From assembly GCF_031769215.1 (NCBI RefSeq), contig NW_026782032.1, forward strand, positions 620,001-684,000: 64,000 nucleotides of DNA, in the 5' to 3' direction. Positions 27,553-41,800 of the stretch are shown in pieces. Under the pieces are notes generated by a model. That model ran no database searches. It saw only the letters and a program-made list of their open reading frames with translations, and was not told where the DNA came from. Each line of letters starts with the position of its first letter. Position 1 is the first letter of the stretch. The stretch is from Ylistrum balloti. Taxonomy: Eukaryota. Position numbers and translations under genes: made by a program.

Positions 27553-27960
27553 TGTAATACATTTTAAGACAGGCAAATTTGTCACATTGTAATATATTGT
27601 AGGACAGGTCAATGTGTGACATTGTAATACATTGTAGGATAGGTCAACATGTCACATTGTAATACATTGTAGGACAGGTCAACATGTCACATTGTAATAC
27701 ATTGTAAGACAGGTCTACATGTCACATTGTATTACATTGAAGGACAGGACAACATGTCATATTGTAATACATTGTAAGACAGGTCTACATGTCACATTGT
27801 ATTACATTGAAGGACAGGACAACATGTCACATTGTTATACACTGTAGGACAGGTCAACGTGTGACATTGTAATACATTGTAGGACAGGACAACATGTCGC
27901 ATTGTAATACATTGTAGGACAGGACAACATGTCTTATTGTAATACATTGTAGGACAGGCA
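27553..27960. repeat. Tandem array, 35-bp unit, about 11 copies
   Basis: Unit ACATTGTAATACATTGTAGGACAGGTCAACATGTC, with internally duplicated ACATTGTA. Confidence 0.93.
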
Positions 27961-27993
27961 AAAGAATGCCTCCATGGACTAAATGTCTGATAT

Positions 27994-28820
27994 AAGAGAC
28001 CATCTTTATGAAGTATATACCTGTTATTACTCTTGTTGTAAGAGGCCATCTCTATGAAGTAAATACCTGTTATAAGAGACCATCTCTATGGAGTATATAC
28101 CTGTTATAATAGACCATCTCTATGAAGTAAAGACCTGTTGTAAGAGACCATTTCTATGAAGTATATACCTGTTGTAAGAGACCATCTCTATGAAGTATAC
28201 ACCTGTCATAAGAGACCATCTCTATGGAGTATATACCTGTTGCAAGAGACCATCTCTATGAAGCAAAGACCTGTTGTAAGAGACCATATCTATGAAGTAA
28301 ATACCTGTTATAAGAGACCATCTCTATGGAGTATATACCTGTTATAAGAGACCATCTCTATGAAGTAAAGACCTGTTGTAAGAGACCATTTCTATGAAGT
28401 AAATACCTGTTGTAAGAGACCATCTCTATGAAGTAAAGACCTGTTGTAAGAGACCATTTCTATGAAGTAAATACCTGTTGTAAGAGACCATTTCTATGAA
28501 GTAAATACCTGTTGTAAGAGACCATTTCTATGAAGTAAAGACCTGTTGTAAGAGACCATTTCTATGAAGTAAATACCTGTTGTAAGAGACCATTTCTATG
28601 AAGTAAAGACCTGTTGTAAGAGACCATTTCTATGAAGTAAATACCTGTTGTAAGAGACCATTTCTATGAAGTAAAGACCTGTTGTAAGAGACCATTTCTA
28701 TGAAGTAAATACCTGTTGTAAGAGACCATTTCTATGAAGTAAATACCTGTTGTAAGAGACCATTTCTATGAAGTAAATACCTGTTATAAGAGACCATCTC
28801 TATGAAGGAAATACCTATTA
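27994..28820. repeat. Tandem array, 34-bp unit, about 24 copies
   Basis: Unit AAGAGACCATCTCTATGAAGTAAATACCTGTTGT. Confidence 0.96.
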
Positions 28821-31149
28821 TGCTTAAAGTTAAAACCTGTCAATAGTGACCAATTTAGCATAAAATGCAGGAATTCAATATCGATTCTTTAGGGTAAGAG
28901 GCGTCTAATTTGTCAAAAAATTGTCTCTCATCAAATCAACCTCTAGATTTAAGTTTCTCGATTATTTGAAAGGCTGACAGCAAGGGTGGGCTCTTTTCAA
29001 TAAATGTTACACTACAAGACTACCTAACTCAAGACATATCAATAAACTAGGAAGGCTCAACACCGTTACTTTTTTCCAATAGCTTCGTATTTATGTGTAC
29101 ATTAAGCCTTATTTTGTGCGATATATCTAATATACAAAACTTAACTAATGTGTTTAGGCACCTTATTACTTACTGCCTCCAAAAAGAAAGAAAAAAAAGG
29201 GTAGCTTTTGTGCAACACAAAAATAACGAACTAAACAGGTACAGGATATATCCATTTTTAACATTTTTTAATTTGGTTTCTGTATACACACAATGGTACG
29301 TCATTTGATTGTCTATGTATATATATATATATATATATAAAAAACCGCCACAGACAGAATTATTTTTATTTTGATATTGATCTGCTTTGCAGAAAAGGGC
29401 AAAATTCTCATCATTTTCATGATACTTAGAAAAAAATTTAATTTCAATTTTTTCTTTTTTTTACTCTGGCTGGAAAGCTATCTGTTAGACAAAACAGACA
29501 ATGGGTGTTTTGTGGGACTCATTATATGTTATATAAATAGGAATAGAGGAACCAAACAGTGGAAACAATCACACCAACCACTACAACAAAACACAATCCC
29601 CGGGTCAAGTTACCAATACTCTGGGGTCGGCCATCTTGTAACCAACGGCAGCCCATTTAAACAACCTAATGAAACAATCAGGAGTGCTAAGTTCTATTAT
29701 CAATCCTATTGCAAGCAGAGGGCAGTCCTGATTGACAATTGAGTAAACCTCGCCAGTCGATGAGGCCGGGAATTAAAGCTTCAAATCAGCGTTTCTTCAT
29801 TTTTGGATGCAAATTTATTAGATTTTGGTATGAAAGTGCTTGGTTAAATCCCAAGGGCCCACAGGTCATTTTTGCCACAGATTTTAGCTAACAAGTATTG
29901 AATTTGTACAACTCGGCACATATCAAATCTATGCCACTGTAGCCTGCCCCATAATTGTCATTAACTCCTGAATAAATTTGGGCAAGGGAAGAGTTACATA
30001 CAATCCTGTCATCCTGGCTTGTAAGGCAGACGGACAAAACACAGACCCAAATAATGACAGGGCTTCATTTCAACAGCGCTGGTTGCCTAATTACGATGGC
30101 AAGAAAAACAAATATGGTGGACACGACAAGAAAGCGATTACATATATGACATTTTTCTTCAACGAACCCCTGGGAAACTGGATATGGACGGTTCTACGTC
30201 TAATCACGGTCCCTACTCTTACCATCAATCATTCGGGCTAGGGATAATAATGCTCATGATAATTGGCTCAGTTAATTCCTTCTACTAGATGTATACTGAC
30301 TTACACAAGAGAGAAAGTTGAGCGGTCTGTATTGAGTTGAGGTAGACATGTAATTCTATATAAAATTTTATTAGCCTTTTGCACGATTTGAGCTGCATTT
30401 TTTAATTAAAATCGTCTCTGGTTCCAAAATCACAAAGTAAACTAAAATTTGATCTGTGAACAGTCGTCTTTGTTGATTGGTCGGATTGAAACTGAAGATA
30501 AATGTCTATGTGGGGGCTACAAATAGGAAATCAGGGGTAAGATTCTATCCATGTCCCCTTGGTAACTGTCGACAGTATACAAGCTCAGCTTGATAAACAT
30601 TACATTTCTGTTATTGTCACTGTTCTTTACTTAATGTAAATCACATTGAAAAGTAATTGAGAAAGAGAAAAAAATTAAAGTACATTAAACTTTAAACTGG
30701 GTTCAGGAAAACAATTGGAGGCATTAGAAATGGATACAAAAACGGCGGTGTCCTTTGGGATTAAAATTGTCTGGTTTTGTTCAAGGAGTGGGTTGGCATG
30801 GGGATTGGGCAGTGTAGGGTTGAACGAAGTGGGGCTAGAATGGTGTGGGGCTGTTTTCAAGTTAAGGTTGTGTACTTTCCCATATAAGGGCAGGTTGTGT
30901 CATGTGGGATGAAGCCAGGTGTGGTGTAAGGAAGGCATGGGGCGATGGGGTTGGCTATGATGGTATGGGTTGGTGCTGGATGTATGGTTGGTGTGGGTTG
31001 GTGCAGGAATGGGTTGTGAAGTGCCATTGGTGATACAGGTAGCTGTGTTTGGGATGGTGTGTTGGGCTCTGAAATGTGGTTGATATTGCTGTTAGTTGCT
31101 TTGGGATGGTGTGTGTTGGTGCAAAATGAGTATAGAAATGTCACAGGTG

Positions 31150-32720
31150 TGAGTGCAGGAATTGGCTGTGAAGTGTGGTTGGTGTTAGTTGGGTTTGAGA
31201 AGGTGTTGGTTGGTGCAGGAATTGGCTGTGAAGTGTGGTTGGTGTTAGTTGGGTTTGAGAAGGTGTTGGTTGGTGCAGGAATGGACTGTGAGTGTGGTTG
31301 GTGTTAGATGGGTTTGAGAAGGTGTTGGTTGGTGTAGGAATGGGCTGTGAAGTGTGGTTGGGGTTAGTTGGGTTTGAGAAGGTGTTGGTTAGCGCAGGAA
31401 TTGGCTGTGAAGTGTGGTTGGTGTAAGTTGGGTTTGAGAAGGTGTTTGTTGGCGCAGGAATTGGCTGTGAAGTGTGGTTGGTGTTAGTTGGGTTTGAGAA
31501 GGTGTTGGTTGGTGCAGGAATGGACTGTGAGTGTGGTTGGTGTTAGTTGGGTTTGAGAAGGTGTTGGTTGGCGCAGGAATTGGCTGTGAAGTGTGGTTGG
31601 TGTAAGTTGGGTTTGAGAAGGTGTTTGTTGGCGCAGGAATTGGCTGTGAAGTGTGGTTGGTGTAAGATGGGTTTGAGAAGATGTTTGTTGGCGCAGGAAT
31701 TGGCTGTGAAGTGTGGTTGATGTAAGTTGGGTTTGAGAAGATGTTGGTTGGCGCAGGAATTGGCTGTGAAGTGTGGTTGGTGTTAGATGGGTTTGAGAAG
31801 GTGTTGGTTGACGCAGGAATGGACTGTGAGTGTGGTTGGTGTTAGTTGGGTTTGAGAAGGTGTTGGTTGGTGCAGGAATGGACTGTGAGTGTGGTTGGTG
31901 TTAGTTGCGTTTGAGAAGGTGTTGGTTGGTGCAGGAATTGGCTGTGAAGTGTGGTTGGTGTTAGTTGGGTTTGAGAAGGTGTTGGTTGGCGCAGGAATGG
32001 ACTGTGAGTGTGGTTGGTGTTAGATGGGTTTGAGAAGGTGTTGGTTGGCGCAGGAATTGGCTGTGAGTGTGGTTGGTGTAAGTTGGGTTTGAGAAGGTGT
32101 TGGTTGGCGCAGGAATGGACTGTTAGTGTGGATGGTGTTAGTTGGGTTTGAGAAGGTGTTGGTTGGCGCAGGAATTGGCTGTGAAGTGTGGTTGGTGTTA
32201 GATGGGTTTGAGAAAGTGTAGGTTGATGCAAGGGTTGCAAAGTTTGATTTGGGATGGTGTGGGTCAGTGCAGGAATGAGTAGAGAAATATCCTAGGTGTT
32301 GGTTGGTGCAGGAATTGGCTGTGAAGTGTGGTTGGTGTTAGTTGGGTTTGAGAAGGTGTTGGTTGGCGCAGGAATGGACTGTGAGTGTGGTTGGTGTTAG
32401 ATGGGTTTGAGAAGGTGTTGGTTGGCGCAGGAATTGGCTGTGAGTGTGGTTGGTGTAAGTTGGGTTTGAGAAGGTGTTGGTTGGCGCAGGAATGGACTGT
32501 TAGTGTGGATGGTGTTAGTTGGGTTTGAGAAGGTGTTGGTTGGCGCAGGAATTGGCTGTGAAGTGTGGTTGGTGTTAGATGGGTTTGAGAAAGTGTAGGT
32601 TGATGCAAGGGTTGCAAAGTTTGATTTGGGATGGTGTGGGTCAGTGCAGGAATGAGTAGAGAAATATCCTAGGTGTGGGTTGGTGCAGGAATGAGCTGTG
32701 AAGGATGGTTTGGTAATAGT
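31150..32720. repeat. G/T-rich tandem array, 59-60-bp unit, about 24 copies, with degenerate left flank from about 30830
   Basis: Unit TGGTGCAGGAATTGGCTGTGAAGTGTGGTTGGTGTTAGTTGGGTTTGAGAAGGTGTTGGT; contains a 377-bp direct duplication. Confidence 0.96.
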
Positions 32721-32749
32721 TGGGTTTGGGATGAGCCAGCAGTGCTTCT

Positions 32750-32975
32750 GAGCCCCCTTTGGAGAGTCAGGAGTGGGGAATCATCTGTCCCCTCATTTGT
32801 TAAATTTCTAATCCCCAAAATCTAGGTATGCTTCCAATCACATTTTAGTTAAATTCCAAGTAAAAATGATTTGAACAAATTGTTGACAGAGAGACCATAG
32901 ACAACCGATGGACCACGAATACCAAAAGTATGGTGTAAGTTCACTTTGTTCCTTTGGACCAAGTAGGCTAAAAAT
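32750..32975 (+). mobile_element. 3-prime fragment of a non-autonomous DNA-transposon-like dispersed repeat
   Basis: GACAGA..GACAACCGATGGAC microsatellite-like run followed by AAGTTCACTTTGTTCCTTTGGACCAAGTAGGCTAAAAA, the same end architecture as 44161-44188 and 63000-63060. Confidence 0.45.
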
Positions 32976-34149
32976 TCAGAATTATTTTGGCTGCAGAAAA
33001 ATTAATCCGTGTATTTCATAAAGCAAGCTGTTTATCTGTAATGTATTTGTGAATGTATAATTTACATCTGAGGTGGGTTATTATTATAAATGAGAATTAT
33101 CTGTATGAATCCTATTAAATAACATGCCTAATACTGGTTTATTGTAGTAATAATTTCTGTTACAGTCCACAAGTTTTTATGAGCCCTTAAAAATGCTCCA
33201 TATTACCAGCTGTTAATATTTAAAATCAGAATATATAATGGAGTATGAATGTATCTAGCTAATTACAAATTTTTTTACAAGTTTTAATTGTACAAAGCCT
33301 TCTGATGTTCTACAAATATAACCTCTTTGATAGGATCGTAACATTTTTCATTTCAAAGTTGTCATTAAATACGTATATTTATTTCACAAATACACATTAT
33401 AAAAAGGTTAAGTTCATTTTTAAACATTTCTATATAATAGTAGACCTAGCTAGAAGAAAAAAAAAGATTTTAATATAATATCCTATATTTCTAACGAAAC
33501 CACAATTTCAATATAACCTATGTACACTGCAAAACAAATGTATGATATATATACCTCTTACGATGACTAGACTAGTAAATTTTCCAAGCTTATCAATACA
33601 TTATTAATGCTTCTATATCATCTTGGCCCATATATTCATACCACCATAACAATGAAAAATATTGCAAGCAATTTACAGTACCTACTACAAGTAAAACAAA
33701 GGGCAGTAACTCCGTATATATAGTACAACAAGAGACCTGGTACATTGATATAAGTTATATATATATATATATACATGTAACATTTGTTGATTCCAAGGGT
33801 AAAACAAAACAAAAAAAAGTTGAAAACAAAACTTTGCCATGGTTGCCATTGGAGTTTAGACTGATCAAAAATTACAACTTCAAAAAATAATCTTCCTGAA
33901 CACTGCAGGCATATTATTTTTATACAGGAGCTTTACTCATGTTTTTAATTGTTTTTCATGTTTTGTGTCATGGACAGACGTCATTTACCTCCCCCCCTCC
34001 CTCCACCAGGTAATTTTTGTCCCTTTGTCTTTGAAAATATTGACAACACCGCATACAATACCATGTCTTTAATGAAGAGGGATATGTGTATCTTAGGTTA
34101 CTTTATATTGCTTATGGTATTCTCAAATGGACAATTAAAATACTTAAAA

Positions 34150-34560
34150 CAAAACTATGACCTTGAACATGGAGCCATTATGACCTTCACCAAGACATCA
34201 GTCACCTTCAAAAGACAGTATATCACATTGTTAGATTTTTTATTTGATTTCAAACATTTAAATGGAAGAATCTGCTGACAATGAGTGGTCCCTTAGTCTA
34301 AGATAATGACTGGTCCCCTAGGCCCCAGACATAGATCATTACCAGGCCCAGCGAGGCAAATTTTAGTGTAGGTTTCCATGTAAGCTTGACATGTTCCGAA
34401 TTTTTTGCAGAGTTCTGATAATTGCTCTCAATGCAAAGGCCCATTTCTCTTCCAAAATCCATTGCATGATGTATAAACACCTATTGTTCAAACTGTCAAA
34501 TTTCTCGCAGTAGATCTGGTCCGAGGCCGTCCGTCTCGTGACTGACAGACAGTCCGATCA
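34150..34560 (-). mobile_element. Degraded non-autonomous transposon-like repeat
   Basis: TGACCTTGAA / TGACCTTCA words and a GTCCGTCT..GACTGACAGACAGTCCG microsatellite-like module of the kind seen in the other remnants. Confidence 0.3.
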
Positions 34561-35546
34561 TTTCTTACATCGGCTGATGGTAGCAAAACACATATTCCCA
34601 TTAATTTGATCAGTAGGTTTCTTTGTTCAAGAAAAGAATTTTGCATATCAAAACCCATAAATGTCTTCCATTGTTTTTAATTTGATCGTAATCATGGTCA
34701 TTGAAAAGTTTGTTGCTGATTGTAGATTCACTTGAAAACTTTCAGACTAAATAGCAGGTTAGAGAATAATCGCCCAAATTTCCATATCACACAGTCTGTC
34801 TATTACATGTAAAAAAACATACCATTTAATTTTTGTAGGTGATTCATCCTTGTGTTTTATAATCAATATATTTTGGTATACGGCCTCTGTCGGTCCTGTA
34901 AAATCATTTTCAAAATGAATATAGATAGCCATCCAGCATCTTAATTACTTTAAACCTGTGTCCCTTGGAATGGCACTTGGCTTAGCCTGGTATCAATAAA
35001 TCTTCATTTGCAGCCCACTTTGATCGCCTGAGTGTATGATGACTTCATATTTAAGTATAGTTTTTGCAAGATTCTTCGAAAAGGAGATGGTTATAGAAAA
35101 GTATATAGGTGTTCCCGATGAACTAAAATGGTAGGTTGTCATGATATTTCATACATACAAATTTCCCAGGACCTGTCAAAAAACTAGCAGTTAAGCCCAA
35201 ATTCTCCCAACACTTGTATTGGTCAATATGGAAATCGGAATATCACTTTATGGAAAATTCATTTTTCTTCTCTTCAAATTTTCGTCTTGAATTTTTCATA
35301 AGCATGTCTGGATTGGTAACTTTCTGCTTGTAAAGTATCGTAATTACAGGCCTGCATCAGTCTGAATCATATCATTTATACGTAGACAGTACTTACACAG
35401 ATATGGTCAACAATATTTATATGTCATTTGGTTGGAAGGACAGCACCACAGCATTCACCTAACTATACCTTCAAAAACACACGGATGAACTGTAGCAATA
35501 TTATATAAAAATGTTTCATTAATTTAAAAACAACAAATAGTCGGTA

Positions 35547-36025
35547 TGTAAAATGAAATTCAAAAGAAAGAGAGAGAGACAGAGAGAAAGAGAGAGAAAA
35601 AAAGGGATGAAAACGGTACAAAACAAAAAAAAAACAAATNNNNNNNNNNNNNNNNNNNNNNNNNNNNNNNNNNNNNNNNNNNNNNNNNNNNNNNNNNNNN
35701 NNNNNNNNNNNNNNNNNNNNNNNNNNNNNNNNNNNNNNNNNNNNNNNNNNNNNNNNNNNNNNNNNNNNNNNNNNNNNNNNNNNNNNNNNNNNNNNNNNNN
35801 NNNNNNNNNNNNNNNNNNNNNNNNNNNNNNNNNNNNNNNNNGAGAGGGGGGAGGGAGAGAGACAGAGAGAGACACAGAGAGAGAGAGGGGGAGGGAGAGA
35901 GGGGGGAGGGAGAGAGAGAGAGAGAAAAAGAGATGAAAAAGGTACAAAACAAAAAGAAAGAACAAATATGTAAAATGAAATTCAAAAGACAGTGACAGAG
36001 AAAGAAAGAGAGAGAGAAAAAAAAG
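35547..36025. repeat. GA-rich compound repeat spanning the assembly gap
   Basis: GTAAAATGAAATTCAAAAGA-(GA)n-GATGAAAAxGGTACAAAACAAAAA occurs on both sides of the Ns. Confidence 0.85.
35640..35841. other. Assembly gap, 202 N
   Basis: Run of N in the sequence. Confidence 1.
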
Positions 36026-37494
36026 TTCTATATTATTACTAACCCTTCATATTCAAGCATATTCTCTCATTCTGATAAGTTTAAACCTGAAATCATCAGT
36101 AAGACTTTATTACATCTGTTAAAATATGGAATCATCTGCTAGAAAGCGAAGATTTAAAATTTCTTGTTTTAAAGCATCATTCAACTAACAGAGGTTTATA
36201 CTGTGTATTTTTGGGGGGAGGTAAAACCTGGCATGTGTTATATTGCTATCGGAATTTAAATTTAGAGACAGTACAAAATTTTATAACTCAAATAAACCAA
36301 AACATGAAATGTTTCACTTTGAACTAACCATTCATCTAAAACCCTTATTCCGTGTGAATTGACAAAGTCGTCTATTTGAAAATTGACCACTGTAAAATCT
36401 ACAACAGAACAGATTTTTGTTGGTATGTATTTTTTTTATTTTTTTAGACACAAGTGAACACGGTACAAATGGAATTAAGGGTGTATCCCACTCTATTTTA
36501 CTGTAATTAGGTATCACTCTGATGATGATATATAATTAGAATTAAGGGTGTATCCCTCCCAGTTTTACTGCGGTTAGGTAACAATGTGAAAAAAGTGACA
36601 TTTTCATTGTAACTAAACACTGCAATGGTTAAATGATAAAGCTATTATCGCACCACAATATCGCTATGCTCTCCGTTACACACTTTACAGAAATATATTG
36701 TACGTTTCCGGTTGCATATCATTAATATAATGATAATCTCGCTGTTTAGATAATAGGTTGAGCAATTTAACAATTATTATAAAATATACACATATATATA
36801 TATATAAACTAATGTGGAATTTCCGACAAACTTCCAGAGCCACCAAATTCAAATGTCTGGGACAAATCGGGGACATCCGTTTAACAGGGAAGGTCAGACA
36901 CATTGAGACCCTCATTATCAACTTTTAAACACTTGACTTTTTAATGACATTTATTATTCATAAATTGCTAGAGCTAAATGAGGAGAACATGAATATTCTA
37001 TCTCATTATAGAAGACATCGTGTGTATGTGATTGATGCCACAACAGGCTCCACTTCCGGTGCTCTGCTAGTCTATCTCATAACAACCTTTCATTAAGTTA
37101 AACTAACTTGCATGTGACAGAAGTTCAACAATTATGCAAATGAGCACCATTTTGACCAGGATATCAGAAATTTACTTGGTGAGAAAAACTGTTTGTATGT
37201 TATGTCAAATCCAGGACTTGTTTAAAAATGATTACCACAATTTTACAGAGTTGGTATTGATGTGTATTGTGTTTGTCTGTACAGCCACGACTTCAAATGT
37301 CAACATCACATGGGTATTAGATGTATAGAAGTACCATCATCACATGGGCATACGTAGAAGTTTTCTGAGATTTTGTCAACACAAAACATCACAGGGATAT
37401 ACAACTTTGTAGAAATCTTTAAAATCAAGAATATTGACTACATCCAACAAATTCTTACCTTTAAGAGTATTAACCTTCATTTGACCTTAAATTC

Positions 37495-38062
37495 TTGTGT
37501 TTCTTTACTGACCATTCTCATTTAAGGCTGTATCTGACCCTTACTGAACATTCTCATTTAAGGCTGTATCTGACCTTTACTGACCATTCTCATTTAAGGC
37601 TGTATCTGACCCTTACTGACCATTCTCATTTAAGGCTGTATCTGACCCTTGTGTTTTTCTCACTGACCATTCTCATTTAAGGCTGTATCTGACCTTTGTG
37701 CTTCCTTTCTGATCATTTCCTTTTAAGACTGTATCTGACCTTTGTGCTTCCTTTCTGACCATTTTCTTTTAAGGCTGTATCTGACTTTTACTGATCATCC
37801 TCTTTTAAGGCTGTATCTGACCTTTACTGATCATCCTCTTTTAAGGCTGTATCTGACCTTTACTGATCATCCTCTTTTAAGGCTGTATCTGACCTTTACT
37901 GATCATCCTCTTTTAAGGCTGTATCTGACCTTTGTGTTTCCTCACTGACCATTTTCTTTTAAGGCTGTATCTGACCTTTGTGTTTCCTCACTGACCATTT
38001 TCTTTTAAGGCTGTATCTGACCTTTACTGATCATCCTCTTTTAAGACTGTATCTGATCTTAA
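37495..38062. repeat. Tandem array, 36-bp unit (some 48-bp variants), about 14 copies
   Basis: Unit TTTACTGACCATTCTCATTTAAGGCTGTATCTGACC; explains the FTDHSHLRLYLT ORFs. Confidence 0.95.
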
Positions 38063-38830
38063 GTCATCTTTATTAGGACAATGAGAGTTTGACCTCAGAA
38101 CAGGTGCTAATGAATCACACCACCTTTACCTTCGAATACTAGTACCAGATGTAAAAAAGGAATAAGGAAAATAATATTGTGATATTGTTCTAAACAATAA
38201 GATGTCCTTGAATTGATGCTTTTTTTACAATGATAGTTTTGAGTTATTAATCATTAATAAACGTTTTTATATATTGTACACTTCATGTACAAGGACTTAA
38301 GATGAGACACACTAGGAAATATCAAATTAAATAGTTTTTTCTTTTGTAATTGAACGTAATATTTAATGTTCAAAATTCAAGAACATTTACAATACGTAAA
38401 AAAAATATTTTTGAAAAATTTAAACAAAGGTTAAACATGGCAGTATATATCACCATAGAAACGGAGACAGCTGAATTTTGTCTGGTTAGAAGATAGCAAA
38501 TGAAGGTTTGTTTATCACATATCTACTCCATATCCTCATCAAACTTCACAGCTAAAATAGTACATCAAAAATCATCTTCTGGTATCTACAGTAATCACTT
38601 TTGGGATAAATTTATAGTTTTTCATTAAGATCGTACTCTTCCCTGGTTTTAATCAGGCATAATCTTATAGTCTAGATTAATGCCATATATCACATTTACA
38701 TCACAATTGTTATTTTTGATAACCTACAGAAAAAAATATCTATTTAAAGTTTTCATCATGAAAATCTTGATCTGTAATCATTATATAAAGATCTACAAAA
38801 TGACTATGTTAATCTGTATTATATTGTACC

Positions 38831-41800
38831 AATCTGTATAATATTTATATAGATTTGTATAACAAGTATAGCAATCTGTGTAATAATTATATAGATTTGT
38901 ATAACAAGTATATCAATCTGTATAAGAATTATATAGATTTGTATAACAAGTATATCAATCTGTATAATATTTATATAGATTTGTATAACAAGTATATCAA
39001 TCTGTATAATAATTATCTAGATTTGTATAACAAGTATATCAATCTGTATAATAATTATATAGATTTGTATAACAAGTATATCAATCTGTACAAGAATTAT
39101 ATAGATTTGTATAACAAGTATATCAACCTGTATAATAATTATATAGATTTGTATAACAAGTATAGCAATCTGTACAAGAATTATATAGATTTGTATAACA
39201 AGTATATCAATCTGTACAAGAATTATATAGATTTGTATAACAAGTATAGCAATCTGTGTAATAATTATATAGATTTGTATAACAAGTATAGCAATCTGTA
39301 CAAGAATTATATAGATTTGTATAACAAGTATATCAACCTGTATAATAATTATATAGATTTGTATAACAAGTATAGCAATCTGTACAAGAATTATATAGAT
39401 TTGTATAACAAGTAGATCAACCTGTATAATAATTATATAGATTTGTATAACAAGTATATCAATCTGTATAATAATTATATAGATTTGTATAACAAGTATA
39501 GCAATCTGTACAAGAATTATATAGATTTGTATAACAAGTATAGCAATCTGTATAATAATTATATAGATTTGTATAACAAGTATATCAATCTGTATAATAT
39601 TTATATAGATTTGTATAACAAGTATAGCAATCTGTACAAGAATTATATAGATTTGTATAACAAGTATAGCAATCTGTATAATATTTATATAGATTTGTAT
39701 AACAAGTATAGCAATCTGTACAAGAATTATATAGATTTGTATAACAAGTATAGCAATCTGTACAAGAATTATATAGATTTGTATAACAAGTATATCAATC
39801 TGTATAATAATTATATAGATTTGTATAACAAGTATATCAATCTGTATAATAATTATATAGATTTGTATAACAAGTATAGCAATCTGTACAAGAATTATAT
39901 AGATTTGTATAACAAGTATAGCAATCTGTACAAGAATTATATAGATTTGTATAACAAGTATAGCAACCTGTACAAGATTTATATAGATTTGTATAACAAG
40001 TATAGCAATCTGTATAATAATTATATAGATTTGTATAACAAGTATAGCAACCTGTACAAGAATTATATAGATTTGTATAACAAGTATAGCAATCTGTATA
40101 ATAATCATATAGATTTGTATAACAAGTATATCAATCTGTATAATAATTATATAGATTTGTATAACAAGTATAGCAACCTGTACAAGAATTATATAGATTT
40201 GTATAACAAGTATAGCAACCTGTACAAGAATTATATAGATTTGTATAACAAGTATAGCAATCTGTACAAGAATTATATAGATTTGTATAACAAGTATATC
40301 AATCTGTACAAGAATTATATAGATTTGTATAACAAGTATAGCAATCTGTACAAGAATTATATAGATTTGTATAACAAGTATAGCAATCTGTACAAGAATT
40401 ATATAGATTTGTATAACAAGTATATCAATCTGTACAAGAATTATATAGATTTGTATAACAAGTATAGCAATCTGTACAAGAATTATATAGATTTGTATAA
40501 CAAGTATAGCAATCTGTACAAGAATTATATAGATTTGTATAACAAGTATAGCAATCTGTACAAGAATTATATAGATTTGTATAACAAGTATAGCAATCTG
40601 TATAATATTTATATAGATTTGTATAACAAGTATATCAATCTGTACAAGAATTATATAGATTTGTATAACAAGTATAGCAATCTGTACAAGAATTATATAG
40701 ATTTGTATAACAAGTATAGCAATCTGTATAATATTTATATAGATTTGTATAACAAGTATAGCAACCTGTATAATAATTATATAGATTTGTATAACAAGTA
40801 TAGCAACCTGTATAATAATTATATAGATTTGTATAACAAGTATATCAATCTGTACAAGAATTATATAGATTTGTATAACAAGTATAGCAATCTGTACAAG
40901 AATTATATAGATTTGTATAACAAGTATAGCAATCTGTACAAGAATTATATAGATTTGTATAACAAGTATAGCAATCTGTACAAGAATTATATAGATTTGT
41001 ATAACAAGTATAGCAATCTGTACAAGAATTATATAGATTTGTATAACAAGTATAGCAATCTGTACAAGAATTATATAGATTTGTATAACAAGTATAGCAA
41101 TCTGTACAAGAATTATATAGATTTGTATAACAAGTATAGCAATCTGTACAAGAATTATATAGATTTGTATAACAAGTATAGCAATCTGTATAATAATTAT
41201 ATAGATTTGTATAACAAGTATAGCAATCTGTATAATAATTATATAGATTTGTATAACAAGTATATCAATCTGTATAATAATTATATAGATTTGTATAACA
41301 AGTATAGCAACCTGTATAATAATTATATAGATATGTATAACAATTATAGCAACCTGTATAATATTCATATAGATTTGTATAACAAGTATAGCTATCTGTA
41401 TAATAATTATATAGATTTGTATAACAAGTATATCAATCTGTACAAGAATTATATAGATTTGTATAACAAGTATAGCAATCTGTATAATAATTATATAGAT
41501 TTGTATAACAAGTATAGCAATCTGTATAATAATTATATAGATTTGTATAACAAGTATATCAATCTGTACAAGAATTATATAGATTTGTATAACAAGTATA
41601 GCAATCTGTACAAGAATTATATAGATTTGTATAACAAGTATAGCAATCTGTATAATAATTATATAGATTTGTATAACAAGTATAGCAATCTGTACAAGAA
41701 TTATATAGATTTGTATAACAAGTATACCAATCTGTACATGAATTATATAGATTTGTATAACAAGTATAGCAATCTGTACATGAATTATATAGATTTGTAT

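Noticed and set aside
29614-29634. ATG GCC GAC CCC AGA GTA TTG|GTAACT (MADPRVL) as first exon of tubulin-specific chaperone A
   Set aside because: The match to MADPRV ends after six residues and no downstream TBCA-like exons were found; AAGATGGC words are common in mollusc repeats and promoters.
31150-32720. G/T-rich array as telomeric repeat
   Set aside because: The unit is 59-60 bp and lacks tandem TTAGGG.
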